Of a stretch of 64,000 bases of DNA, positions 39,060-51,700 are shown in pieces. Numbering within the stretch: the stretch's first letter is position 1; each line of letters begins with the position of its first letter. The stretch is from contig NC_068981.1 of assembly GCF_001194135.2 (NCBI RefSeq), forward strand, positions 49,256,414 through 49,320,413, written 5' to 3'. Source of the stretch: Octopus bimaculoides (lineage: Eukaryota). The notes under the pieces were generated by a model. That model did no database searches, was not told the DNA's origin, and saw nothing but the letters and a program-made list of their open reading frames with translations. Made by a program: the position numbers and the translations under genes.

Positions 39060-41390
39060 AGATTCCTCACGCCCAAAGCTAACCCTAGTAACCTCTCTCC
39101 AGCTCACCTATTTGATAATATGAATTTCTATGATGCCGACTGAGATACAATCACGTAGGAGTTATCACATGCTGACTGGTCTTTCACACATGCACACAAC
39201 GCCTACAGCATCAAAATATATTGACAGGTCTTTAAAGACAGTCAGAAACATATGTGCAAAAAACACCCTACCAAGACCTGTGAAGTGAACTAAATGCAGA
39301 ATTTCCCAAAACAGAAAAGCTATTATCAATAAATATAAAGAACAAACAAAAAAAACTTACATACTAAACACTGCCAACAACCACACATATATTCGACCGC
39401 TATCGCTCTGCTCGAATCCCCCCCCCCAAAAAAAAAAGAAAAACAACCTTCAACAATACATGAAGACCATCATCAATAACCAAAAAATAGTTGAGTAGAA
39501 ATGGACCGTTGATAAAATTAAATTCAACACCAAAGTGTTCTTTTGCAAAAAAAAACACAAGGTCATTGTCTCCACTTTTGGCCTTCTAACTGATGAAAAT
39601 GGCAGTCATCAAGATAATATCAAAACCATGAGTAACATAATGCAGTAACATTATTGCTCTGTTTACATCAATTCTGGTATGGCCGATCTGGACTGTATCA
39701 CTGATGATAACCTTCAACACACTACATCGGACATAGCGTTTGGCGCCCCTGATATCTTAGCGGCAATAAACAAAATTAAACACAATTCATCTGTAGGCCT
39801 TGATAGGGTTCTCTGCTTATGTCCTGATGGTGAGTCGACACCATGTTGCATCTCCTCTTGCTAATCTGTGGAAGAACTCACTGGACGCTGACTATATTTC
39901 TGAAAACTTTCTGTTCCAGTCTGTTGTCCCGGTTTCCAAAAAGAGGAAACAAGTCCTTTGCATGGAACTACCGTCCGATCTCACTCACCTCTCATATCAT
40001 CAAGATATTTGAGAGGGTGGTGAGATCACAAATAACACACCTTCTTCAAGGCAGCAAACTGCAAAACCCCAACTGGCATGGGTTCTGTAATAGAAGGAAC
40101 AGCCTAACACAGCTCCTGCAACACTTTGGTGATATTTTGAGAGCTGGAGAGAGGGCTCCAACAACGATGTCATCTACCTTGATTTCAGCAAGGCCTTTGA
40201 CAAGGTTGATCATAAGATACATTTGTTGAAAACAGCTATCCAAAATTGGTGTCTCTGGAAAGTTACTACAATGGATCAGGTCTTTCCTTAGAGACAGAAT
40301 ACAAGATGTAATTGAATGAGTAATATTAAGCCCAACCAAAGTCAGTAGTAGTGTTCCACAAGTTACCGTCTTGTGCCCACTTATTCCATTACCTACATCA
40401 ATGATATTATGGACAACATCAATCACAGCAACATAAGAATCTTTTCAGATGATTCCAAGATCCAAAAAGTCATCAATGTAGTAGGTAACTAGACATGCCT
40501 TCATTCAGATTTACTGGCTGTCATCATTCATATGGACAAAACAGAAAAATATGCTGCTGAACGAGGAAAATTTGATATTCTGAAAATTCTATACGCCCTT
40601 TCTTCAGTTCCAACTCTCATGTCATCGAACAACATCAGAGACTTGGAGTGTAATTGTGGATAACAACATAATCTTGGCCGCTTATATAAACAGCAAAGTT
40701 GACATGGCCCGCAGAATGTGTTCCTGGATTCTCAGAACTTTCCAGTCGAGAGATATCCATACCATTATCGTTCTCTTCTCTACATTTACCCGATATGACC
40801 TTGAATACTGATGTTCACTATGGTTTCCTCACATGAAACGAACAATTATGAAAGCTGAACCACTTCAATGGTCAATTACAAAAAAATATAGATGGCATGG
40901 CAAGCCTTTACTATTGGGGTCGACTAGAAAAGCTGAAGCTTTATTCTCTCCAACGCCGCCGTGATCGCTACATCATCTGCATGATGTGGAAAATATTCCA
41001 TCAGGATTGGCCAAATGTTGTCATCACCTTTAAGATACACCCAGGACTTGGGCCTCATGCTGTCCTCCCACAACATAAATAATACTAGCAGCACATAACA
41101 AAAATACGGCACAATTATTTTACCTGAATTGACCCATCTCTCTTTAATATTACACCAAAACACATTAAATCAGAAACAGACCCCATAAAGTTCAAGAAGT
41201 CTTTGGAAACATTCCTTCAAAAAATCGCAGATAAACCTCGTACACACGGATATGTCTCCAGAAACAATAACTTTCTACTCGAGTATGCACATATTGTACA
41301 ATTCCTGATTTGAATGACTTCGCTAGTTGATGCTATTATGTTAGACGTGACCTGGGCAAATAGTGGCCGAAACCTATGAATGTATGACCC
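39060..41390 (+). mobile_element. 3' half of a degenerate LINE (CR1/Jockey-group) ORF2: reverse transcriptase and C-terminus
   Basis: NYRPISLTSHIIKIFERVV, HGF, DFSKAFDKVDH, SSVPQ...PLLF, FSDDSKI, RDLGV, KLYSLQRRRDRYII...WKI; many stops and frameshifts. Confidence 0.93.
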
Positions 41391-42599
41391 ACTATATGTA
41401 TGTAACCTGAGTGTGTTCATATATGTGTATATATTTCTGTATATTGAAGTCACATATGCATAAGGCGAAGTATGTTACAAACTATTGTTTGCTGATTCTT
41501 GTAATTTACGTTATTCTTTATATCAGCTGAAAAGAAAAAGCATAAGGTATTGTCTGTTTTGAAAAGTTTGATGACTACAACGAATTTATTATGGTCGTAA
41601 ACTCTATTTTCATACTGTGAATTGTAACATTTCCCACCGCCAGTATTTTTTCACGTTCCTACAATACTTAAAGGGAATTAACACAACACACTGGCTACTA
41701 TGGTAATGGAAATTCCTAAACATATATGCAAATAAGTTAACATATTCTAAAAACTATCAAACCGAATATATTTACATATGAAACAATAGCTGTGTAATTT
41801 TGATTTTCTCATATTCGAATATTCCTAGGTGAATATATTAATATCGGTATCTGGGAGTATTAAGATTGATATATGGCAGCATCCCAATCATTATAATCAC
41901 CTGTCCAGTCGCCAATGTAAATATGTAAATTGTTTTGCATGAATATCTACCATTCTTTTATGGGTCGTTATCTTTCGCCAAATAAATTTTATTCCTACCA
42001 AATATATGTCAAATATTTCAATTGCTCGCCAGCCTAAATGTGGACACGGTCTAATTTGTATATCGTGTGATTTCCAATTTCACATGCTTACATCATATAA
42101 ACAAGATTTCAATTACGAAATAATATGATTAATCTGATCCAAAATAGGATGCAAAACCCCGAAAGAAAGACGATTCAATAAGCATTTTCATCTTGTAATT
42201 CAGTTTCAGCGGTTGACCGCTTGTACCCGGATTGTAAACTTATCCGTTATAATCGGAGGGGCAGCTCATTTCTCTATTACAATAGAATTGAAGGGACTAC
42301 AAATAAAACTTAAATATTGTACAATATAGTTGATATTATCATTATATACTAATTCTTGTATATCGCATTGGAAAATATATAGTTTTTCGTCTGAAACGAG
42401 GGGGAGACTGATTGAAAAAAAGCGAAACATATTAATGGAAATAATATTATCGAATGCTTTAGGATGAACATCAAAATTGTTGTTGATCGGAAACAAACAC
42501 ACAAATATTTACTGTAACAGTTTTCTTATTCATGAAATATTTTCCACTAATAATTTTTAAAAATATTAATTCCTGGCATGAATACTGGCATCAAGATCA

Positions 42600-42800
42600 G
42601 CACAAGACCAGCAATTTCAATGGAAGAGTGCTAAATCAATTACGTGGAACCCAGTGCTCAGCTGGTGCTTAATGTATCGATCCAGAAAGTATGGTAGACA
42701 AAGCCAACCACGGCAGAATTTGGACACGGACGTTAAGACGGGCGAAATGCCGTTAAGCATTTTCCCCAGCGGGCTAACGATTTTGCCAGCTCGCCCCATA
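42600..42800 (-). mobile_element. SINE family B copy
   Basis: Reverse complement ggggcgagctggcaaaatcgttagcccgctggggaaaatgcttaacggcatttcgcccg... Confidence 0.75.
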
Positions 42801-43210
42801 TTGACCTAATATTGTACATCTAAGTGATTATTTAAAATGCACTTTATCCTATTCTGAAAAGAAATAATGAAGTTCAATAAAGAAAATGCGTTAGTTACTT
42901 TACCAATAGAAGTCTTTTGATTATCAATCAGTTCCATCATGTAAGACATTCAATTGAAATACAGCACCTCTTTACTTTCAGTCATAGTCTTTTATTTTCT
43001 AATTAATATATATCAAAATTGTCTCTTGTATTATATAATTTCACTTCCAATAATTTCAATCTAACACATATTGAAAATTTGATGTGAGAGTTTTACTGCG
43101 TTCGAGACGACGTACGCAAAAAATAAATTTCGGAATTAACCTCTCTACTTAGTAGCAAGCGATGAAATTATTTTTCAGGGCTATTCCAACCACGATTCAT
43201 GGATCGGTAC

Positions 43211-43252
43211 CTCAAGAACTTCTTTATAGGATCCAGTGGTTAAGGACGCCAT
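43211..43252 (-). CDS. Candidate first coding exon MASLTTGSYKEVLE (phase 0 donor)
   Basis: ATGGCG start at 43252, downstream of a TATA-like box and an A-rich leader; possible donor GAG|GTACCG at 43210. Unspliced, it reads MASLTTGSYKEVLEVPIHESWLE*. Confidence 0.3.
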
Positions 43253-43259
43253 CAGGAGA

Positions 43260-43565
43260 AACCACGTCCGATTTCAGTCCCTACTCCTCTACTGTTTTTG
43301 ACGTGACGGTCCCTTCCCTTCCGGAGGTGTCTTCAGCTCTGGTGTTGAGAGCGTATTTTTTTTTTTTTTAGTTTTGGCCTTTTGTTCTTTGGTTTCTTCG
43401 ATGTCGCGTGAACGAATGTCAGCGAGGGGACCACCCTGCCAAATTTCCCTTTAAATACTCATCGGTAGACTCCAGCACCAGCACCAGCTAACTGTCACGT
43501 GACACAATCTAAGCTTCAACTGAACAATGGATGGGAAGAGCGCGTAGTTTTGGCCCGCGCCTTCT
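43260..43565 (-). promoter_or_regulatory. GC/CpG-rich promoter-like island
   Basis: 12-bp palindrome TGTCACGTGACA (43493-43504; E-box/CLEAR-type), TATTTAAA on the minus strand (43450-57), TGACGTGA (43299-43306), GACCACCC and GC-box-like ggcccgcgcc; clearly GC-richer than the flanks. Confidence 0.5.
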
Positions 43566-45588
43566 TGAAAATTATGACACAAGATAAACCATTGAAAATA
43601 ACATGTTTATGAATAAATTCGTGTAAGACAACACAAATTCTTCGTGTTGTCTATGAATAGATTCGCATGTATCTGCAATTGCTGTTGCATTATATTGCAA
43701 TGCATCTACCTAGAGGGAATTTATCGAAATTTGCCGACCATAGACTTTCAGTTTCTCCCTCTCTTTTTCTTTGTTGAAGTACATTTACTCACTACCTAAG
43801 TCAATTTGTCATTTGCTTTACCTCCTACTTCAACAACAATATAGCACAGTCACATCCAAAAAGACAATGAAAGCGAATTTACTTCAGTCTCAAACCTGCC
43901 TGAAATAATATCCTAGATTTAATATAACGACACATAAATATTATTGCAAGTAAGTTATTTTCTAAGAAAAGCATACACAGTCATGACTCGAATGGCATTT
44001 GTTCAAAAGGATATCGGTTGTATTTGGGTTGATGAGAGGCAACAAATAACATTTGATTCAATAACGTTTTATTTAGCCTTATATAAACCACATAATCTTA
44101 GTGAAGAGACAGACAAAGAGGAATGCACAAGATTCCTTCGCAAATAAAATTCTCTCCCGTAAGAAATCGATTCGATCAGAAAAACTGCCAAAGATATTGC
44201 TATATATGTGTGTATGTATGTATGTATGTATGTATATACGTACGTACGTATGTGCGTACGTATGTATGTATGTATATGTGTATGTATGTATGTATGTATA
44301 TAGGATTTCCTCAAACCGTGCCCTCTCGTTCGACACCACTTGGCAGGAGTGAGAGGGAGATTTCTATGAAGTTCCGTGTAGGAAGTTGCAGCGAGAACTA
44401 GTGATCCTTTAGTCCCAGTGGATCATATTCTTGTGAACCGAAAACTGGGACCCTAACAGGGGCTACTAATCCGGGTTAGATTACAGCTGAGATCAAATGT
44501 GACAAAGAGGTGGTCCCACACTTCTCAAAGACCCAGAACTCGCGTTCCAGGACCCCATAATCGGATGCATTTTTGTCTTACACAATGCAGAAATACATAT
44601 ACACACGTGTATACACACACACACAGATATATATAGAGAGAGAGAGAAAGGGGGAAAGATGGGAGAGAGATGAGAGACAGAGATAGATAGGGATAGAGAA
44701 GTTGAAAGAAAGAAAAGAGAAGCGAGATAGCGATAGATACATCTATGGCCTTGAGCTGAGCAATGTTTTGTGAGTGAAATTGATAGATTGCAATTACTAC
44801 TCAAAACGAACGAGTAGTAACTAAATATCTCAATGAATTTATTCCGGGTGGTCTAGTTTCTGAGATTGAATACTTTCATGCAATTGTGTAATATATAGAC
44901 GTCGATCCATCTCGTAATCGATAGTTTGTGACACCTAAGATGGTAGTGCAATTATATCCGAAATAAAATCTTTAATAATATACATGTAATAAAATATTAA
45001 AATATCACTATCAAAATAGTGATGAAATAGTTAGATAGAACAAAAAAATATATTTGAAATATACATTTCTCCTTCAAAAATCGTTTAGGTGTAACTAAAT
45101 TTCAAGATACTCAAACGGAAATAACTTCCGATGAGCTAAAACGAAGTAAATTCTTACATATAAGAATTGAAACAAATCAAAAGCAAATTGTTAAAACAGA
45201 AGTAAAATGAAAGATTATCTATACGTGCTATTATATTTACAAATGTTAAAGAAAGTGGTATTACTAACATGTTCGTTCATATTGCACAAAATGTTTAACG
45301 ATCAATATGTACTAAACAATGTCGTTTTTTTTTTCTAAAAATATCGCTCAGTAAAACGAAATTTAGGTAAGTTGCAGCACTTGGCAGATTTATTTGAAAA
45401 GACGAAGTCCTCGATTTTAAGCATGTATGTAGGTATGTACGAACTTACGCATGATCGCATGAATGCATATATGCTTTTTAAAGTACGCATATATTGCAAT
45501 ACACACATACATGCACATGCTTGTATATACGTGTGTCTACATATACAAACGCGTGTAGACAAACGCGCAGATACACACATGTATACAA

Positions 45589-45627
<39 letters not shown>

Positions 45628-45820
45628 CACAGAACTGAAATTTGGAGAGGAGGTATTCGATTATATCGAGTCTAGTACATGACTGATAGTTATTTTATCG
45701 ACCCCAAATTCATGTTAATTAAGTCGACCTTGCTGGAATTTGAACTCAGAACGTAATGACGGATGAAATACCGATAATCATCACGTTTGGCGTGATAACA
45801 ATTCTACCAGCTCGTCGCTA
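45628..45820 (-). mobile_element. SINE family B copy
   Basis: ttttatcgacccc...aagtcgaccttgctggaatttgaactcagaacgtaa...ttctaccagctcgtcgc. Confidence 0.75.
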
Positions 45821-46115
45821 GCATGTGTATAGTACAAATACACACTCACATATGCGTACACACACACGCGTGCACACACATATATATATGTATGTGTACA
45901 TTAATAAACACACACCTATAGTAAAGTAATTCTTAACAGTGACTTTTGAAGTATCTATGAGACACGCGTTTTTACTACCGCGCCATCCTTGACATAAGGT
46001 TGTAAATAATATCGTTATAATTAGAATAATACCACCAAACACGCATATTCACAATTATAAAGACACTCTTACATTCAGCCACACAGATATACATACGCAC
46101 CATCTACATAGCTCG

Positions 46116-46200
<85 letters not shown>
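46116..46200. repeat. (TG)n pure microsatellite, about 42 units
   Basis: Directly visible. Confidence 0.97.
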
Positions 46201-46204
<4 letters not shown>

Positions 46205-47851
46205 ATGTGTGTGAGTATGTCTCCGTACATTCCTGTGCATACCCGATGAACACTTATTTTCGTTGTTGTTGGAGATGACGCAGGTTGTGATTTTAATGCT
46301 ATAAATCTATTTGAAAGCGCTTCCCGTATGTTCTTGTCAACTAGTCGTATTTAGATCGTAAGCGTGTGTAGTAAAACCATACCCATATCTTCAACATTGA
46401 AAGCGTTGGTGAAACATCCTTCCAACTGAACATTATCACCATTTCAGCTGTATTTTATAAACTTATTGCATGTTCTTCAAACCCGGAATGCTCCAGCAGA
46501 CTTAGAGGTACGACTTCTAACACACTACTGTGTTTAGTGTCTTGATCGCTAGCTACCGCATATTGTCACGCTTTTTTGTTTTTCTCGAAAAGAATCTAAA
46601 GACCACTAATTAGTATACAAAGCTGTGTTAAAAATGAATGTGAAAGCTAATAATCATCGAAGCAATTCAGATGATTAAATATAATGCTTCAATGCAACAT
46701 CGATGTTTATTAATCCGCACTTAACACATTAGTCATCCTAAATTGCCCTTACAAGCGTAATACGTTTCAAAGGATTAATATAGGCTTTAACTCAACAGTG
46801 ACGCGTGCCGTTTACTGATGATCCTCAGATTGTAAGGCAGGAACCATCGAATATCGTATGTAAAAGTTTTTTTTTTTTTAATATACGCAATGTCTATGAA
46901 GATACTGAGTCAAAACCTCAATTTTCCTACATTTTTTTTTCTTTCTACGAAATTCTGGGTGCATTTTAAAGCAGTTTGTCATTATTTACTTCTTCCTGGA
47001 AACGGAAATTTTCGCAAGAGCGGTCAAAATTACAATTCGTAATGGTTTTCAAATATTCGGTTACTTTCATGGCAACTTTAAACACAAATATCAAGAAATA
47101 ATCTGAAATATGACGTTTAGCTTGTTGTAAGTGCACGCAGGAAATCCTTCCATCAAGAGTCTGTTCCGTATATTTAGCCTTTGACTTTTCCAACTCTTTT
47201 AGTAAATCCTTCAAACATTGAATCTGGATTATGGTACATTTCACATTATTGTTAATACTAACAAGAAGGAACGTTTGGGACATGACTGCCATGAGTGAAA
47301 GTATTATAAGCAATATTATCCAACTGTGTTTTTATATATAGGATGAAGATGGTTTTATAATACCTAGGCTCAAATGCAGATTATTATAAGCGCAAGAGTC
47401 AGATGCAGAGCGGACGATTTACGGTCCCAATATTTTTTTTTATTAGAGAGTAAAAACTATTAGCACAAAGTTATCGAGACTTGATTTTAAGAAGTTCATT
47501 CTTCATAATGCGTTTTAGGAAATCCGCCACCATCGAATTTAATATTATTCGAAACAGAACTTTCTGGTTCTTTGGTTTCCTACGCCTGCATCTATCCAAT
47601 AGTTTAGTAATTATCTGAATTATATGATTAGGTCCTCCTAATCAACGGTTTACCAAAGTCAGTAGAGAGCAATATTTATTACGTGGACACTTTGAAATCT
47701 TGTACAATAGGCGTAAGTTTAAATAAATAATATCGGTTGATGAGAGGTAGGCAACAGTTCGGCTGACAATAGGTCATATACAGCACCTTAAAGTTTCCAA
47801 GTCTTTACGCCATAATATATTCAGTCAATCATATTCCATTGCATTCCAGAA

Positions 47852-47973
47852 TATATTTAAGCGTGTAACCTTGAAATGTACTTTGAATTTGGTTACATTG
47901 TTGATAATTAACTATATTTAAGCGCGTAACCTTCAAATGCACTTTGGATTTGGTTAGATTGTTGAAAATTAAC
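47852..47973 (+). repeat. Tandem duplication, 2 x 61 bp
   Basis: tatatttaagcg(t/c)gtaacctt(g/c)aaatg(t/c)actttg(a/g)atttggtta(c/g)attgttga(t/a)aattaac at 47852 and 47913. Confidence 0.93.
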
Positions 47974-48678
47974 ATTCTTCAACCCCAAAATAAGTTGGCA
48001 TCCAGAGTATATCACATGCATAAGATATACATTATACGTTCACCTTATAGAATATGATCAGGAAATCAACTCTCAGGTACTTTCGTCATTGCATTGCCTG
48101 AGAGAGCTCACATACTTACACACATGCATACATACACATATACATAAATACATGAATGCATACATACATACATAAAGGCATGTATACATACATACAAACA
48201 TACACACATGCATACATACATACATACATACATACATACATACACACATACATACATACATAGATATATAGCAGTGTGAAAAGTTAAGCAAAGTTTTGAC
48301 ACATGATATTCATTAAAATATATTTCAACAATGCGGAAATATTGTACATCACACTAATTTCCCTGCCCTGAAGTTGACTGCCACTTCGTTGTAAATCTTT
48401 TGTATTTTGAGTTCTCACACGTTCCCATTGAGACACTCACCTAAGGAATTAGAAACTGAACGCCACATGTCGCAGAATGCTGACTAGAATATAATAAAAG
48501 GCATTTATCTTAAGTCAATCCGTTGTGCATCCAGCTTCCTGTGTGTGATACTGAAGAAGAAATAATTACTCTGAAAGGCATTCATCATCGAAGAGTTCTG
48601 TTTGGAGGTGAATGAAAGAGACTTAGCTTGTTTACACTTTTCTATATACAGTGACAAATTTTCTCTCTCACTCTCTTA

Positions 48679-48711
<33 letters not shown>

Positions 48712-48718
48712 ACTGACT

Positions 48719-48775
<57 letters not shown>

Positions 48776-51700
48776 TTGGTTGTATCCTCCAGGTAATTTT
48801 ATTTTGCTTCATTGAGAATGTTAATGCTACGCTACTGATAAAGACGCAAATTATATCTATTTAAAGGTATTTGACAAATTTCACTTATATCTTATCGCCA
48901 AGAGCTAAAATATATCACTGAGTGCTTATCAATAATCAATATTGGCAGGTATCTAGTGTGACAGACGGCAGGAAACTGTTGCTAGAGTTGTGAATTATAA
49001 CTGAATGTGCATTGCTTTAATCCATATTTCTAAAATTAATGGCAAAATAAGTTATGGAACGGTTGGTAATCATGATCAAGTAATTCCGTTACCATAATTA
49101 TAATATCAGTTTCATGGCCACTAAATATAGCTTAACTATATAATTCAGTGGTTACTTAGTTTCGATATACTTGATTTGCATCTTGTTACAATGTTATCTA
49201 TTATGTTGCGCCTGAATCAATTTTTATAATATTCTTGTCATTGAAAAAAAAAATATTAATTTACGTAACAAATATATTTAACTATAGATTAATTTATAAT
49301 GAGATTAAAACTGCAGTTTCATGTATTCTAAAGAGGCATATTCGTGACTAATTCAAAAGCTTTCAGTCTCGAAACCACATTTCGTTCCTTCGATTTTAAA
49401 AATCACAATTACAAGTATTATGATATATAATACAAATCTCAACTTGGAAATCAAATTCAATCCCCTTTCACAATGTCTACATCATATTACCTTTGTTTCT
49501 GTTTTTTTTTTATGGCATCGAATGTGTGAATTACAAAATGATTGTTATAATTTGTATCAGTTATATCAGAAAAAGGAGGTAAAATATCTTTGATTCTCTG
49601 ATAATACTTCGTGTTCACTTAATATAAATTGTGAGGTGTGCGTCTGCATGAGAATGAATAAGAATTATCGATAATCATTGTGACTTATTGGTAAGAAAAT
49701 GTATTGATGAGATCAGTAGAAACATGTTTAAATTTTAGATTGGAGTGGTATAATTATTGGCTTACAATTCCAGTAAGACAGAAAGAGTGGACGACGAGAT
49801 TGTGAACGCTCGATCACGGCATAAGAGATTTAATAAATGTGATACAGTCATGAATGTATAATTTACGTTAATGATCATTGTTCTTTTAAAGTAGTGTTCG
49901 TTTCGTAATCGTTTTGTAAATATGGACTAAAGAGTATTATTATATTTACAAAAATATATATGGTCAAGATAACATGGCTGGCTATCTGGAGAGTATCGTT
50001 CGTGAGTAGTTCGGAGTACATAAGACCATGCACTGGTTTAGATGCCAGGATATGGATTAAATGTGAAGCAAAGGAACGTGTGTACTAATTTGACAACCAA
50101 GTAATTACATGGCTCGATTGTAAGTCGCAACTGAATTGACTGGAAGGAAAATTTCCAAAGTCATTCGATAATCATTGCGTCAATTGGTGTACATGCTGAT
50201 TGACATCGAAGTATTTCTGTATACCTAATATGTTTCTATTTTCATTCTTCAGCAGATAAATTGGTGGAAATTCAGATTTTACATGTATAACATATATTAA
50301 CATATATAGGATGCAATAGGAATAATGATTTTCGGAAAGCCATAATGCTTTATATAAATGAAATTTAATATTTCTCACTAATGGTGAAGAATTATTTCCA
50401 TATTATTGTCTGAGAATGCATTTTTGCATAATGCAATTGGTTTAAATCTATACAAGAAATATGTGCTTTGATATACACACATTAACAAACAAACACACAC
50501 ACAACCACATGCACATACGCACGCAGACACACATATATGTATATGTATGAATGTATGTATGTATAATCTCACATAATTACTTACGTATGTGCGTATATGT
50601 ATGTTTATTTATGTATATATATATATGGCATATCTTAAGTTATAGATAATAAAAAGATTCATAAATAATTTGTAGCAGAATACGAGTTTCTTAAATTTTC
50701 TATTAGAAATGGATTCACTGTGACTTTGAAACCGAAACTCCTAAGCCTCGGCTTCCTCACTTTTGTCAGACCACTTTATATTTTTGTGGAGTGGGGAGGG
50801 GGGTGTTGTGTAGATTTTAGCAAGTTACTTTTGCTTTTGAGAAGGTACAGCTAAGAGAATTTATAAGTAGGTGTTTTGTAATTAGACCGGCGGAGTAGTT
50901 GTGCAAACATCTGAGATAGACGAGGATAAAATAAATGTTTCCAAGGTTTGTAGAGTTTGAACTGTTAGAAAGTTATTGAGGAGATATTATTTGGTTACTA
51001 TAGAATTTTGTAATTGTTTAATGTTCAGACAAATTCGGAGGTAAAGGTGAAACAGATGTGTTAAATTAAGGTCACATCATGCATTTATTAGAAATGTTTT
51101 TTTCATTTCTTTTAAGTTTTACAAAAGAAAGTTTATTGATAAATTACTTCGTCACTCATCATATCTGAAACTGAATTTGAATTGATTGTGCTTGCCTGAT
51201 TCTATAACATCAGAACTGAAGGATAATATAGCAACATAAACTAGGAATTGAAAATAAAGTTAAAATATTTCATGACATCTAACAGCGAAAATTTATACCT
51301 TAAGTATTTTAAAAAATACCAAAACTCTTCTTTTTCAGTAATGTATGTGAATTACGGTTTTTGACTCGTGTCCTTGTTTTTCGTCTTATTTCCGGGCATT
51401 CCTCTTTGCGGAATTTGTATAAAGTGACGTTTCTTGTATATGATTCAATCAACTCTAAAAATGATGAAAATTTGATTTGAATAACTCGCAAAAATTTAGA
51501 ATCGTTATAGATAACCCACTCATGGCACTATTTTTTTGTGATTGAATCATAAATAATATATTAATGATTAATTAATATTACGTTCATAACTTTTGCAGCT
51601 GAGAACATTTTTGATACAAAACATTTGTAGTTTATTTAAAAGTTTTAGAAGATATATAATTGATAAATATGTATAAATTATATGGAAAGGCGAAAGACCT

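Noticed and set aside
44412-44540. Resemblance to miR-193 (agtcccagt; tgggtctttg on the minus strand)
   Set aside because: The miR-193 seed (ACUGGCC) is absent and the matching pieces are not arranged in one hairpin.
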